Source of the DNA: Amphiscolops sp. MND2022
Lineage: Eukaryota
Length of the DNA: 64,000 nt
Assembly: GCA_964187785.1 (NCBI GenBank)
Contig: OZ076409.1
Span: 83,950,001 to 84,014,000, forward strand
Reading direction: 5' to 3'
Below are positions 35,901 to 42,681 of the stretch, piece by piece. The notes under the pieces were generated by a model. That model did no database searches. It was not told where the DNA came from and saw nothing but the letters and a program-made list of their open reading frames with translations. Each line of letters opens with the position of its first letter. Position 1 is the first letter of the stretch. The translations under genes were made by a program, and so were the position numbers.

Positions 35901-38132
35901 TTAGACAAATGTTTTGAACAATTTACAGTTTACTATCAAAAATTTTTGCTCCAGGAAAAACTTTTAATTCGGAGTAAAAAATTGGGTGAACAATAAGATA
36001 AAGTGAAATGAACAAGCGTAACCATCTGCACAGATTATATGTTGAAGATGCAGATTGAAATCACACATGGGAGATGGTTATCGAACCAAATTTCGCTAAG
36101 AGCTTCATAAGAGACGAAAAAAAACCACTTTCAAAATTAATTTGGTGTTTGCCGTGACTTATCGACAATTGTTTGTGATAATCGATAAAACCTGTGATGC
36201 TGTGTCCTCACTTTCAATACAACTACTTCCTTGAACAATTTCAACGACTATTTTCTCGAAGTTGGACCCGATTTACAGAACACATATTCAGGCTGTAATT
36301 ACATGGCTGAAATTAACATTCAAAAGGTCTAGGAGCTACATGTTTACGGTACGAGTTCCTAAATGGTACAATAAGTTGTTCAAAGATGGTATTTCACCTG
36401 ACAAATTCTCCATCCGATTATTTGATATTGTCAATATTTTCAGAAGCTTCGTTTTAGGCAATCCTGATTCGATTATTTTGTGTTCGATGTCCGCAATTTT
36501 GCAAACAACGTATGAGTCCAATGGTTGACCATTTTCAACAATGTTCAATTTAAGAATGGTTGATTTCACTTCCGGTTAATAATGAAAATGAAAAGTTCTT
36601 TCCAAACTGAATAAGATCAATTTTTCAGCTGTACGTCGCTTTTTGCTACCATAGTGTATTTGAAGAATATTCGTTGTTTTCAAGAAGTTTTATCGATGCT
36701 GGACTGTTTTTTCTTCAATTAGTTGAATGTTCTCTAGATTTTAACCTCGTCGTCAGTAGACTAAGGATTCATTGGAACAGGTATTGTCGCTTTTCTATTC
36801 GGTCACTGGGTTTTTCAAGAATCCGCGTAACTTTTTGCCGTGGTTATATGGCTGTCAAAAAATTAGGATCACTCAGAAAACAGTTGAAAATAGACACCAC
36901 GCATGTTCCATTTCGTGTGCTAAGGCTGCCGTCAAGCGTGCTTGTCCCTTTGGATGTCTTTTTGTTGAGTTTTAAAATTTTATTCGTTTTCTGTAGTTAT
37001 TCATGCACGTCATTCATCAGATAAATTAAGTTTTCATTACGTACTATGTTTCCGCATATTTTATGTTTCACTATCTTTTGTTTCAGTCATTTCCGAGATT
37101 GAAGAATATACATCTAAATGCTTCATTTACATTGATCTTGATGACATCCTAATGAAGATGCCCAAACTTCGCTCTCTAACGTTCATCCCAATGGAAGACC
37201 AGCGACATGCAGACCCCTCTATTGTCTTTTTGACCGCCTTGAGACATCACCCACTGCAACATTTATGTCTTGACGATGTCTTCTCATCGAGGAATAAAGA
37301 ATGCTGGTATTTCACTCTACGCAATCTAAACGCCATCGATAACTACGAAAACCTCAAGCACGTGTCTTTTGATATCCTTGAAGCCAGAGATTTATACAGA
37401 TTAGCCAAGTTACCTCGCCTTACCAGTCTCGCTTGTTCCAAGTTCATGCTCGAGTTTGAGACCGATTACTCTAACCTGGATGAATATGACCCACCGGTGT
37501 TTAATAAAGTGTTATCAGTGGTTATCCGGCATGCTTTCGACTACAGACGTCAGTCGTTTTTCATGCCAAAAATGTTCCCTAATTTAGAAACCTACGAAAC
37601 CTGTTTCACACCACATAAAGACGTATTTGAGGGAATGAAACTAGAGAGTTTAAGATGGTGGACCTTTCGAACTCTCGCATCTGTTTCCATCTTTCTCCAG
37701 AAAACTGACTTTTCGGAGCATTTATGTTCTTTGAAAGCTCTCGCTTCTCTGAAAAATTTATCTATTGAATCAGTCGACATGAAAACGGATTATACATCGG
37801 TTTTGAAAATCTTCGACCGGGAAGGAACAGTAGACCCCATGTTCAATTTAGAACTTCTGCGATTGGAGTCTCAGAACCCCGATTACGAGGTGGATGTACC
37901 TTACACAACCAAGTTGCTTCCTGATGTTCTGCTCTTTCAGACTTTGAAAGTTTTAATAATATCTAGTTATCACACGAGACAACAAGTTCCAGAGCATATG
38001 CAGTCTTTGGTGAACTGTCATTCTGGTTTACTTTATGTCACCTTTGGATGCCAGATTCTAAGGCGCCCAAATAACAATAAAGATTTGTTGGAGAAGCACA
38101 AGTGGTGCCGGCCTCGTTTGTATCTTTCTTAG
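14959..38132 (+). CDS. Host F-box / leucine-rich-repeat-like protein; exons 14959-15180, 33660-34065, 37087-38132 (557 aa); the first of these introns contains the Polinton
   Basis: Donor GAG|GTAAAG (15181) to acceptor TTTAG|GAT (33659) is phase 0. Donor TATG|GTAAG (34066) to TTTCAG|TC (37086) is phase 1. The joined ORF is 1674 nt. F-box motif LLDLPQLVLEKILYYL and LRR-like MPKLRSLTF, LPRLTSL, FPNLET. An acceptor-like TTCAG precedes 14959, so an upstream exon may exist. Confidence 0.75.
15801..15871 (+). repeat. Polinton left terminal inverted repeat (71 bp)
   Basis: Reverse complement of 33527-33592 except in the G-tract (length, plus one A in the left copy). Confidence 0.95.
15864..15944 (-). 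ncRNA. tRNA-like RNA polymerase III unit (not a canonical tRNA)
   Basis: Minus strand reads GGTCTCG, A-box TGGCAGAGTGG, then T-arm CCCGG-TTCGAAT-CCGGG (B-box GGTTCGAATCC), then a TTTTT terminator inside the TIR. The acceptor and anticodon stems pair poorly. Confidence 0.55.
16035..16304 (+). CDS. EGF-like growth-factor homolog with N-terminal signal/anchor (89 aa)
   Basis: Hydrophobic N-terminus, N-glycosylation sequons (NET, NNS, NNT) and one EGF module C-x7-C-x5-C-x10-C-x-C-x8-C ending YGGKRCE. TATATAA at 15971. Confidence 0.85.
   Translation: MSGTQLIWVVLLTFTFIVAILTTPILLITNSQNETTNNSGNNTDSCSEEFTGYCMNGGYCYYLEEQQTVACECPELYGGKRCEKFLWFT
16307..16720 (+). CDS. Polinton hypothetical protein (~137 aa)
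   Basis: Intact ORF starting just after the EGF stop codon; no motif recognised. Confidence 0.55.
   Translation: MHVEIVYIKCSIEHLKRLEEQRSLSAKIYTRDERLIFRNYVLALCHEMAPSGKITQLQPKIIIPRINQVYKKSKVYRLAMVIHESTRLIAENYERVWAGRAIEDCFHSYHHLSRIQCFLLALKFKQSFADEFSYLKC
16761..16964 (+). CDS. Small predicted membrane protein
   Basis: Short ORF with a C-terminal hydrophobic helix (LLQLLVVLIILKYLF), co-oriented within the gene-dense block. Confidence 0.35.
   Translation: MTLLILDRFWNSSNIETTLVKLPSVLNTEKKQEAFCLYYDNNSLLQLLVVLIILKYLFSAFMQMRQY
17050..17643 (+). CDS. DEDD-like 3'-5' exonuclease-fold protein
   Basis: N-terminal VIDFEGF (ExoI-like DxE), KEISV, HGIVW, KGTEK, DLDTLGCP and a Cys/His-rich tail; this type is seen in Polinton-like elements. 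Confidence 0.65.
   Translation: MINSDFLVIDFEGFRHKSQQFIPKEISVRGANYQDTILLQPPVKFSLLAEENKKTYAWLTDNLHGIVWEAGNYDHTFIFNFFNALKLRFPNSTVFSKGTEKCTFLRKFSVVDLDTLGCPKASQFSYCSTKVCPNHQKCYKLNHCAREKVALFYNWLFNYFQNSHHECSRCNSQRAQHTAIPIPEFEPLSYNNLGGNT
17543..17893 (+). CDS. PC4-like ssDNA-binding protein (putative)
   Basis: RKGVIQLTASEYSQLKTSFETID resembles the PC4 KGIxLTxEQWxxLK motif. ATG at 17543. Confidence 0.5.
   Translation: MNAVDATAKEHNIQLSLSPNLSLSVTTTLEVTRDAEAKIKLVKDEFKQVGSHKLLRKGVIQLTASEYSQLKTSFETIDSFITFVNQNAKQTTTASDGGPQYQTAQATTKVFTSHQT
17802..18068 (+). CDS. Polinton hypothetical protein (88 aa)
   Basis: ATG-initiated ORF overlapping the upstream ORF in the compact block; no motif recognised. Confidence 0.5.
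   Translation: MPSKRLQHLMEAHNIKPLKLPPKYSRPIKLDGIEDPKVPRQIAEELAKRNDVLEVVYFPPAQTKVKGEFRIKLKSSDEFNIFIFYTAT
18120..18392 (+). CDS. Small two-TM membrane protein upstream of the packaging ATPase
   Basis: Two hydrophobic helices ending GYILPNPKL. The stop overlaps the ATPase start (ATGA). Confidence 0.7.
   Translation: MTEVVIDEDDGIGSMESNEEESVRSLWKFCNSITLPRSEVVFFTQATLIFILVIASLLKLTLDRPPCEEMSVWFSLLFGAVGYILPNPKL
18389..19114 (+). CDS. A32/FtsK-HerA family genome-packaging ATPase
   Basis: Walker A GPGGSGKT, Walker B LLVFDD, and GRHRK followed by HNLF. Confidence 0.92.
   Translation: MNKIIFTNDRLFMALVGPGGSGKTRLIYSMLASPTTFYPPIEKTFYFYKEYQPLFQEMSERLNIEFIPCLDFEMIKNLENCLLVFDDSCEEIYQEQAFVKLAVAGRHRKLHCIFVKHNLFHQSKWSRTIDLNTTHVILFKSPRDLQQIDHFGRQLKQLDFIREAYQRATTRPFGHLLIDFDPKTSDVLRFCSNIVAPQPTTFYIPSSTAKETLLTNEREKIAYTEALARKQKEERHFSRYT
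19035..19343 (+). CDS. Conserved-type Polinton small protein
   Basis: LCECALNIINGNIP motif, typical of the ORF following Polinton ATPases. Confidence 0.65.
   Translation: MSEKKLHILKHWQENKKRKDISRVIHDCNREQVKFLCECALNIINGNIPMNVNKLIPFEQQLKILCQPQTSDSRRRQILSSIKGYKLLKLISRPCICYLSAE
19340..19978 (+). CDS. Polinton protein of unknown function (basic C-terminal region)
   Basis: The ATG overlaps the previous stop (ATGA). Contains KSKSILKEL..INDEGLI and a Lys-rich tail. Confidence 0.65.
   Translation: MSAQEFILIPKENYIKNQPKASEILDDPTITAKSQQLTLLQRVPEKKEPEKEKTSQEVKAPETREDIQKRVLRSITMLNPHQTEKSKSILKELQSSSDVSINDEGLIEIDKTPTAIDASNFLFTLQQPTKKLYHPDYKRILDKIKISPDLVPNSEAKEIVKPKVVKTKFVTTPKTKSSGKTPKRPRKKDDQQPGPSFEDQEDGSKDWETFNN
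19944..20888 (+). CDS. Retroviral-like (rve, DDE) integrase
   Basis: WSIDVA, LLVAVDVLSR, SDKGTEF and AERNIRSLK give the DDE triad; SH3-like tail FKKGY...GKFYEPEL. Confidence 0.95.
   Translation: MARRIGRLSTTEQAKLEKMYTSGPAAYGSAKNLQETSKMPKAKIDTFLQQKDAHTKYRQIQRKFPRLKVIAYEINEIWSIDVAYVDKLAKYNNGVKYLLVAVDVLSRFLRVVPMRSKSAPDAAKAFEKMIEKVQPQKVWSDKGTEFKGAFKNLCDQRGIATYTTASETKSAFAERNIRSLKNIMYKHMENKWTYHYISKLSQFVNTINSRVNRVTKLAPNKVTKKHEPHLRSLAAEQSSKFVKKPKFNLRDKVRIAKQDLPFKKGYKQSFTDEIFTIIKISTFNPPTYNLRDESGDTINGKFYEPELVKVNGRI
20875..21729 (+). CDS. Minor capsid protein (penton, single jelly-roll)
   Basis: Motifs GDWRVALAEIIFP, NIIEHQHV..SPLLRII and LTLKFRK; located between the integrase and the core/MCP genes. 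Confidence 0.85.
   Translation: MDEFDIYLESAGSMNIYSGNTMAAFRNLLAHPIHLEGDWRVALAEIIFPTSIKNITTTDFFIYTPKTPYDNTPVPSSEGGAVIKREDWSDNAKFEAGEYQTISSILKQLDKATETKKPLNSADYVEDNIEISFKSRYGISVRDRSLFDVLGIQGVPDTNRGGYYIGTNYKVANMKQPIKNTYPPDLTVGTNMFFVNTNIIEHQHVAGVKSPLLRIIENTKQVQDGKLLNTSTTAHRVFTELQFKKLITSTIEEIQIELMSITGQKVPFVGTGLVALTLKFRKFQ
21730..22101 (+). CDS. Basic core / DNA-condensing protein (adenovirus pVII/pX-like role)
   Basis: QRGSGFGSL motif, an adenain-type Gly-Gly site QLGG|S and an Arg-rich tail. Confidence 0.75.
   Translation: MEQYYAQQAQLPYFSGPARQRGSGFGSLAAGVGRVALPFAKKFLLPAVKSIGKEFLSQSIPELLDVASKKKTPKQAVRSAVRKTVKKQLGGSKRRRRGKRFIRRKKFTRRSRSDFFSGVKNVD
22091..23419 (+). CDS. Major capsid protein (double jelly-roll)
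   Basis: ATG at 22091. Motifs SLDIF, GPTLEF, FIDLQNIYLEVK, NNTLHSLFS, NPFHYQKF and LLVFDLT. Confidence 0.92.
   Translation: MLINSNALPIETSHTSLDIFERPQLLVNFDGSFEQKIGPLYAPNGPTLEFEVKGDRTNFIDLQNIYLEVKCKIVKTDNTNLNYVTGDATQQDTPVFVNNTLHSLFSDCTVTAQGVKVSSANGLYAHKAFIETEFSHNLEAKNTWLECQGYNYESNPSTPTLGAFTKREAETRSSATVTFIGRVASDFFSCEKHLVSGVELRISFLRTRPEFCLIYDDAGKDYKVNITQANLYVRKMTLTENAYSAIETTLAKATARYRYTEIIPRTFLIGQNSQSWDQENVFSGQPIRRFILAMSTNAGFVGAKTANPFHYQKFGLRSITVYRNGHPIAGTPLETDTDKKMYLNSMGALAFHEHGHGISFEEYANHYLLVFDLTSTHQASHDYLHPELTSASISISLRFDTALAQITEVLLLGETASTIYINNSRKVSKNYYIAPDTAITRK
23416..23844 (+). CDS. Adenain-like (C5) cysteine maturation protease
   Basis: Catalytic His (GTHW), Asp (FADPLG), and Gln/Cys (LQNLNSNLCGLYC). 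Confidence 0.93.
   Translation: MIDELQLGTLINKCKHLKYKFAGVYAADNFPLNLRNDNFIIVNSDKATQMGTHWLLLCNRNNKYLFADPLGLPLTNYPHVRDRLSFADLGVTEIIQAPLQNLNSNLCGLYCIYIAHYVFGAHFPIIPCISEQELMRFVKHFI
24012..24482 (-). CDS. Polinton hypothetical protein on the opposite strand (start uncertain)
   Basis: 156-codon ORF convergent with the protease gene and divergent from polB; no motif recognised. Confidence 0.5.
   Translation of the reverse strand: MYILYNFLTLTVVEKKMCELTVWPIKSCLRMDDELVSNYGPPLRKSVTFNDIVETFGDVVALEPSPATSTSYRITFNGRNSTPFELPASQPQRKRPVNPQRKNLRVSFSPFYLTIEPCGRTYTSVTALEEESEYWKPGAFDGEPFYKMNCQNLICF
24770..24850. promoter_or_regulatory. Repeated GGGGTGCGTCAGCTTG motif in the divergent intergenic region upstream of polB
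   Basis: Two copies (about 24774 and 24830), each containing TGCGTCA (ATF/CRE-like). Confidence 0.35.
25125..29522 (+). CDS. polB: Protein-primed family B DNA polymerase with N-terminal C2H2 zinc fingers, endonuclease VII-like insert and acidic tail (1465 aa)
   Basis: Exo motifs YFDLES, HNASNYD, FIDS; polymerase motifs DANNLYG, KLMNNSCYGK, YSDTDS, KMY; EndoVII-like CWIC...DHCH...HPECN. Confidence 0.97.
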   Translation: MRTCDRCQKTFPNKNSLRQHRRNVHKIPANLFPMECDICHKMELSVALSDQHFRAKHGTQLEKICVYCGVGFDDAQKFFNHLLEKHELPPPIDSIQEKTKPISSAFNGALKVFKISGSGENDLMQFMTDVKPQIDQLVSENVNRTSQKMHLVLRTELSKPTKGEETELFLRSHMVPVYGNTLPQNDFLSAVDKMINTLFTFTASGSGWILDKIIELDIKFATFNPIRGSSYIPTPPQLEAPHLLLNIRNRQDHNCFLYCFTAAWHLKHGPLLYVASRDSIGRRTSPETYSTRNHIAHQAVGDYEMPMGFGQMLRFEKLNKCNVNVFRYTENELVPLRVSREDNTFNVDLLLVDDGQEYHYVLILDLLRLVNLIKGTTSLFQIVLCRNCFHICTDENVYKRHQVSCLHHEPAVVKMPQPEKNRLKFKNLGARWFAPVVIYFDLESILQPLAGCQKENESTSITELHKPSGFCFVGIEHGNPTPIFVQLERSENCMEKFIEALEKIAHEMNTRKQNHRYFSDALPETPQEAQFCWICEGQFGLNRDIEDDKVIDHCHYSGKFLGFAHPECNINRKTTNFIPVIAHNASNYDLHHVCMYIHKFKPGCKLDVIPSTDEKYITLSVGVPVRTYQDKNGVTKTVFEYLRFIDSYRFMGASLEKLVSYLPEDKFEILDKLFPDYSKEERNLLHQKGYYPYSYFDNFEKFQEEKLPPREQWKDSLRNGEVMITEDQWQHAEKVYEQFQCENLGDYHNLYLLTDTLLLACVVEEFRSLCYKTYGLDSAHYFTCSHLSGDAFLKICRADIELITDRSHLEMVENMIRGGVSSVFDKRLFKANNRYLDDHNNGEYDTYGVLLDANNLYGGVMEKLPLPLNSFETVQNINLSKILETSNDAEEGYILEVDLHYPDKLHDGHEDFPLAPTKERIYYKSLGESQQELLEKMGETRPFSQGKKLIQSLSDKKNYTVHYITLKLYVSLGMEVKKVHRVLKFKQTKWLKPYMELNTAKRKESRNKFEESFFKLMNNSCYGKTLESKRNRVSVHLIANSEALLRKTDTPFFHEFKIFHENLAAISSRKRSITWNKPTIVGAAVLDLAKYIMFDFHYNVMKKHFNCFVLYSDTDSLLYEVRHTDFYEELAENAELRQYFDLSNYPTDHKLYNTDNKMVTLKFKDELGGTPIEEFVGLKPKMYSILAGGKQKLSAKGVTKFAQRKLTHELFKTILQTGDSFKTLNTRIGSTRHQLQTIKTNKLSLSSFDDKRYVLEDGISTLPHGHYMIRDVHVEQDILDEPEWGYEDEEMPTSPTWDELNGIDSQTTISQVFRDEARMPVNARIPSPLQLSEDEAISLTQELMEAWSPPDPGMHQREYSDSELEGETNLDETREEQSPPRNPFIDDEATEVSDADGQLEGEEEDESDPNDCVIVETLTEDEANAIEDLEYLIDFDNWFSDDEFVNRIKRAKRRRLEIVSDSESE
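29769..31560. repeat. Tandem array of about 21 units of 82-83 bp inside the Polinton
   Basis: GCAAAATACTAGGC..GCCGCCCCCGCAGGCCTAATCGCGGCCCCATAACCGTA.. recurs at 29852, 29935, 30018, 30101 ... 31260, 31343, 31425. Confidence 0.95.
32363..33183 (-). CDS. RPS2: Divergent ribosomal protein uS5 (eukaryotic S2) homolog carried by the Polinton; exons 33183-33177 and 32796-32363 (146 aa)
   Basis: ATGCCGA|GTAAGT ... TTTCTTAG|GC gives MPSIEEHLLKV.... Motifs RYRAIVIVADGAGDYGFG, PRTVP, GSVVVDIKPAP, KKILQKVGIRDC and NLAHA are collinear with uS5 RFKAFVAIGD..GHVGLG, PHTVP, GSVLVRLIPAP, KKLLMMAGIDDC and NFAKA. Confidence 0.82.
33527..33592 (-). repeat. Polinton right terminal inverted repeat (66 bp)
   Basis: Reverse complement of the left TIR; ends ...CCAACTACT, followed by TSD GTTTTC. 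Confidence 0.95.
34480..36530 (+). mobile_element. Decayed non-LTR retrotransposon (CR1/L2-like) in an F-box gene intron
   Basis: Fragmentary motifs in order: EVFRTDR (APE-like), DNIYSDAKVSFNRVYH (cf. DxIYLDFxKAFDxVxH), LYVED (cf. YADD), FTVRVPKWYNKL (RT tail). Many stops. Confidence 0.55.
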
Positions 38133-38247
38133 CTGTGAAAGTCCCTGGGAATAAGCTCTGAGCACTCCCATGAAAAATTATTGACATTTGGTGGATCCCC
38201 CAAACTGACCCCCGAAAAGGTCAAATTAAAAAATATATTTATAAGCT

Positions 38248-38490
38248 TTTTACGTGCTTTTGGTGCAATTTTCATTCAGTTTCGGGATTATCACTTTCAA
38301 AGCATTTACTTTGCGATTGGGTGTTTTATTTTCATAAATTAGTCCTCCACTTGCCGAGGTTTCCCAATTTACGTGCTTTTGGTGCAATTTTCATTTGATT
38401 TCGTGGTATTCACTTCCAAAGCACATTACATGTGATTCGGTGTTTTCTTTTTATAAATTAGTGCTCCACTTGCCGAGTTTTCCCAATTTA
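38248..38490. repeat. Two ~120-bp tandem copies
   Basis: TTTACGTGCTTTTGGTGCAATTTTCATT...CTCCACTTGCCGAG..TTTCCCAAT repeated at about 38248 and 38368. Confidence 0.8.
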
Positions 38491-39086
38491 TCTTCACGTC
38501 ACTGATATTGCAAGCAGGCAGCAGGCTCTGCAGCTTGCAGCGTATCGACGCCATCCAAGTCTATTTGCTGACAAGCCCCCTTTAACACGGGCTACATATT
38601 TGAACATCATCCCCTTTTTTGTTTCGATGCGCATGGTTCATTATTGTTCGGAGCAGTAAAAAAGAAGAGAAGTAAAAGTATAAAGAAATAATTTTGCGGG
38701 ATAGAGAATCCAAAACGTTCCTCGATGAAGGAACCAGCTATTCCGGATGTTTTTTAGAAGAGAAACCTGAGACGTTTGGTTAGAAACCCGAGACGTTTGG
38801 TTAAAAAGTATCGAAAATTATACCAAATTATCTAAAATTCAAAAATTTGTCAACGTTTTTTGCAATTTTGGTGCCGTTTTCAGCTATTTTGGTGCGTTAA
38901 GTATATAGAAAGTATCCAGACGAAAATACCAGCTATCCACAAAGCTATTTTGAACAGCAATCCAAAAATTTTGATTGAAACTGCTTCAAAAGGACACCAA
39001 GTTAGTCAAAAACTTCTAAATATTTCTCAAACGTTTTTGAAATTTTCGTCCAGTTTTCGAGCATTTTGGTGAGTTAGAATATTGTT

Positions 39087-42021
39087 GAATTTCACTGTGA
39101 GTGAAATGGGTCGTCGTTCTTTTGACCAACCCTGAGAACTCGTCTCTCTCGAGGTAAAGAGTGATTTCCCTCCACAAAAATATTTAAAGGGTTTTGGTGG
39201 ACTCTTTTGCAAAATATATGCCTCAGTGTTTCCCCGAACTGCTGGAATTTGGCCTCACAGAACTCCGATCGCGAAGATAAAACTACAATCTCGAAAGATT
39301 TAAGTGCAATGTAAATAATGGTATACAAGTACGTGAAGTAACAGTGGATATAACAATATTGGGTTTATAAAACAACACTTTACTCACACTCGGTAATGGG
39401 CTTTACTGGTATCAAAACAGATATCTGTAGAACAGATGCAAATTGTCGTTACAAAACTACAAGTTTTCCACAATATCAACTCTGCGATTTGTTTCAGGCG
39501 CCTACTCTCTAGCCTGTTCCGTTCCGCTTGTACCGTTTTTTCCCGCGTCCCTCATTTCGCCGGTCTCAGTCGTTGCCAGTCATCTCGCGACAACTGTTTA
39601 TTTTTATTCGTGTCTGTCGCTTGCCGCCTATCAGTCCCTCGTTACTTCTAATGTCCTTTCCATGACTCGGGTTATCACGTGCGCAGCGTTTTCTTTCCCC
39701 TTTTCAAAATTTTCTATCAGCTTCACCTGAAAGTCATGATTCTCTTTCTTGCATGTCGTTGCATGTGTACTACACAATATTGAAGTGAGTTTTATTCCAT
39801 TATGTGAAATATTGCATGGGAGGATACTTATATACTCTTAAAATGAGATTTTAATTGACTATTCTCATAAAATAGCAAAAGTGGCTCTAACAATCTATAG
39901 AACTACCTTTGATGAGTCTTTGGCTTGAATTTCACGTCGATATGTCAAAAATTGTGCATTCGGGGGAAGTTAGAAAGTCAAAATATAATACATAAAATTT
40001 TGTTCTGCAGTCGCATTATTTGACGTTCCTTCATGCTGGCGGCGGATATAGTTCGTTCCCTGGATAATTCAAAATGAAAAATCCACATCCGTAATTTGGA
40101 GAACGCGCAAGTTGACCGCTTTCCAATTATCCGCGTAGATTGCATGTGCACGTGACACACTCTGTAGTCATCCGTGCTGACGTGTGTCATATTTTCCGTT
40201 ACTCCACTGAAATACACTAGCTCACATACATTGTTTGTTGCAATGGATAATTCAGTTACTTATCTGCCCTACCGTGCCCCTTCAACTTCTGTGTCGTTAG
40301 AGACTCGTAGCAGTCCCGTCTTGAATGAATATTCGAATTTACTTCCGCTTTCACCTGTAGAAATAATGAAAGTGACACTAAAATTATCCACCCACTTTGG
40401 TCACGTGTTCCGTCGTTTTCGAATGTTGACCTAAATGCAATTTCGCCTAAAGATGCATGTTTTCTACCTTCCTCCATCACGTGTCTCCGAGGTGTGTTAA
40501 AGAATTACCTGGAACTAGGACGAGTATCGTGGGAACGAGTCATTACAGATGTTCGTCATCCTGTTCTAAATATGCGGACGAAACTGTTAGATTTTCCCAA
40601 TTCTTATCTGGTACAGTGCTATACGATGATTGTATCGACCCCGCCTGCTTTATCGACCAGCGAGTCACCGAAAGTACCACTCTTGTTACCCGCGGTTCGT
40701 GGTTTGCTCCGGGTCACGTAGAAGTAGGGGATGCAGCTGGATTCGCGTATTTATTGACCGGGATTAAGATTTGGTGCCTTTCCTATTCTTCGTTAAACGC
40801 GGCTGCTTTCCTGGAACATTCACTACAGACGCCGCTCGACTTCATTCATCGCATGCAGAGAGCGCCGCGCGAGAAAGAGGCAGCTGGTATTCAATTCGCC
40901 GTTCAGCTTTCAGGGGATTTACGTTACGTTCCTCACCTAACAACTTATTCCGTGTTAACCTTTGATTTGGGAACAACAACAATTTTAGCGTGATGGGGTT
41001 GCTGTAATATCAGTAATGAAATTCTGATTGTTCAGTTATTTGATAATTTTTCACCTGGAGGGACGAAGGAACGTTGGCGTGAACAGTTCGACTTGGAGGT
41101 TTCGACAGTTTCAAAAAGTGGTGTTTTGAATTGGACCCTGACTCAAATGTATCAGCATGCTGAATATCTGGAAAAGTGGTGTCCTAACTTTGTGAAAAAC
41201 ATATCGGTATCCGCCAGAAAAAGCAGGAAGAGAAAGTATAATTTTGATCGAAAATCATCACTCACATTTTAATTGTTATCGCAATAGTTTTCATTCATTT
41301 TCCTTTATTTCCTGTTTGGTATCGCTTTTTATTGTAAAATTGTGCTTTTATAATTATTTGGACAGCGGTCCCCGTGCGTAATTTAAAGGGCGCACGGTTT
41401 GCTTTCTTTCATTGTGCGAGCGGGGAATTAGCCCTTCGTTGCTCTTGCTGTGTTTGCGAGAGTGGCGGCTATCGCTTACGCGAAGTAAATTATTAGTCAG
41501 TCTTGTAGGATTGAGCGAACAAAATAGAAGAATGAGTTGAGTCCAGTCAGTAAGAGGAGTTGCATTCTCAGGCTATTATTTCTTGTTTGTCCAAACATTA
41601 CTGCAAAAGTAGGCACATTCTTCTTTTAGAATGTATCGGATAACTTCCCCACATAGGGACTAATTCCTTCATGGAAAGAAAAAGTATAGAAATTCTTTGT
41701 TCTTAACGTATGCCTCGGGGTTGCAAAATAAAATTCAAATGAGTACCGATAGCAAACAGTTCAATAATTTTCCTTAAAACAGCTCAATTCTAATGTTAAT
41801 AAATTCAGCGTTGCTGAATTGTTGACTGTACCAAATTTCAAGTCTCTAGTACATTTGAGTCAAAAGTTGTGCAAATTGAATAAATTATGCTGTCATAATT
41901 GCATAATAAGAATTATTGTCAATGCAAAGGCAACGCTTTCATCTCATAGTTTGGACGCTCTTCAATTACGTAATGTTTGCGCCTCGCTAACTTTTAATTA
42001 TCGCACCTTTCGCTCGCTATC
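39087..42021. repeat. ~2.9-kb direct repeat, copy 1
   Basis: Collinear and highly similar to 53926-57824, with indels; the same short ORFs occur in both copies. Confidence 0.9.
40244..41271 (+). pseudogene. JmjC-domain (2OG/Fe dioxygenase) pseudogene, copy 1
   Basis: FAPGHVE (HxE), GIKIW and VQLSGDLRYVP..TYSVLT follow the JmjC motif order. Stops and frameshifts flank 40457-40993. Confidence 0.6.
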
Positions 42022-42144
42022 TCACACTCTTACCTACTGGACTCAACTACTCTCTGAGTAGTGACTAGAACCGCTTTTGTAACATGAATCATATGTAAAA
42101 TAAACAGCAAAAAAATCTCTCAGAGCCTTTTCGACCTATCAAAC

Positions 42145-42681
42145 CTAAGGCTGGGAAGCTTCAGTGTTGGAGGCTGTGTTGAAGTTGAAGTTCACGGGGT
42201 AGAGTGGCGTGGGCCGGATCACCGCAGGGTTATTGTATCGCATCAGAAGTTGGTACAAGGGGGATTCTTGCCCATAAGGGTCAATTCGTGGCTGCATGGG
42301 GTCATGGGGTAGGGCAAGGCACAAGTATCGGCAAAACTCCACCATCAGTGAAGCTCTATCTGGGGTTGTCAGAGCTGCAGACAGAACCGCTTCCAATAGC
42401 CGATAGAACATGAAACTGTGGTGTCTTATTAACCATTGTCTTGGGTACCAAATGCCTTCTGTAATACTCAGGAACTCGATGTGCACCTCTATGCAATTGG
42501 TAACTGTGGGAGAGTTTTTAAAACTGTGCAAGGTGTACCAAGTGCCCAGGCTATCCAGCTGCAATCTTATGGTTAGTAGGTTCAAGTTGGCAAACGGCCA
42601 ATTCACCATTACACTGTCGAGGTTATTTGGGACTGTTGTATTGATTTTCTGACGCAACATTTGAAAAGGGATTGGCAACAT
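42145..42681 (-). CDS. Hypothetical protein (178 aa), orphan
   Basis: Intact ATG-initiated ORF, more GC-rich than its flanks, with TATAAAA just upstream; no recognised domain. Confidence 0.5.
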   Translation of the reverse strand: MLPIPFQMLRQKINTTVPNNLDSVMVNWPFANLNLLTIRLQLDSLGTWYTLHSFKNSPTVTNCIEVHIEFLSITEGIWYPRQWLIRHHSFMFYRLLEAVLSAALTTPDRASLMVEFCRYLCLALPHDPMQPRIDPYGQESPLYQLLMRYNNPAVIRPTPLYPVNFNFNTASNTEASQP

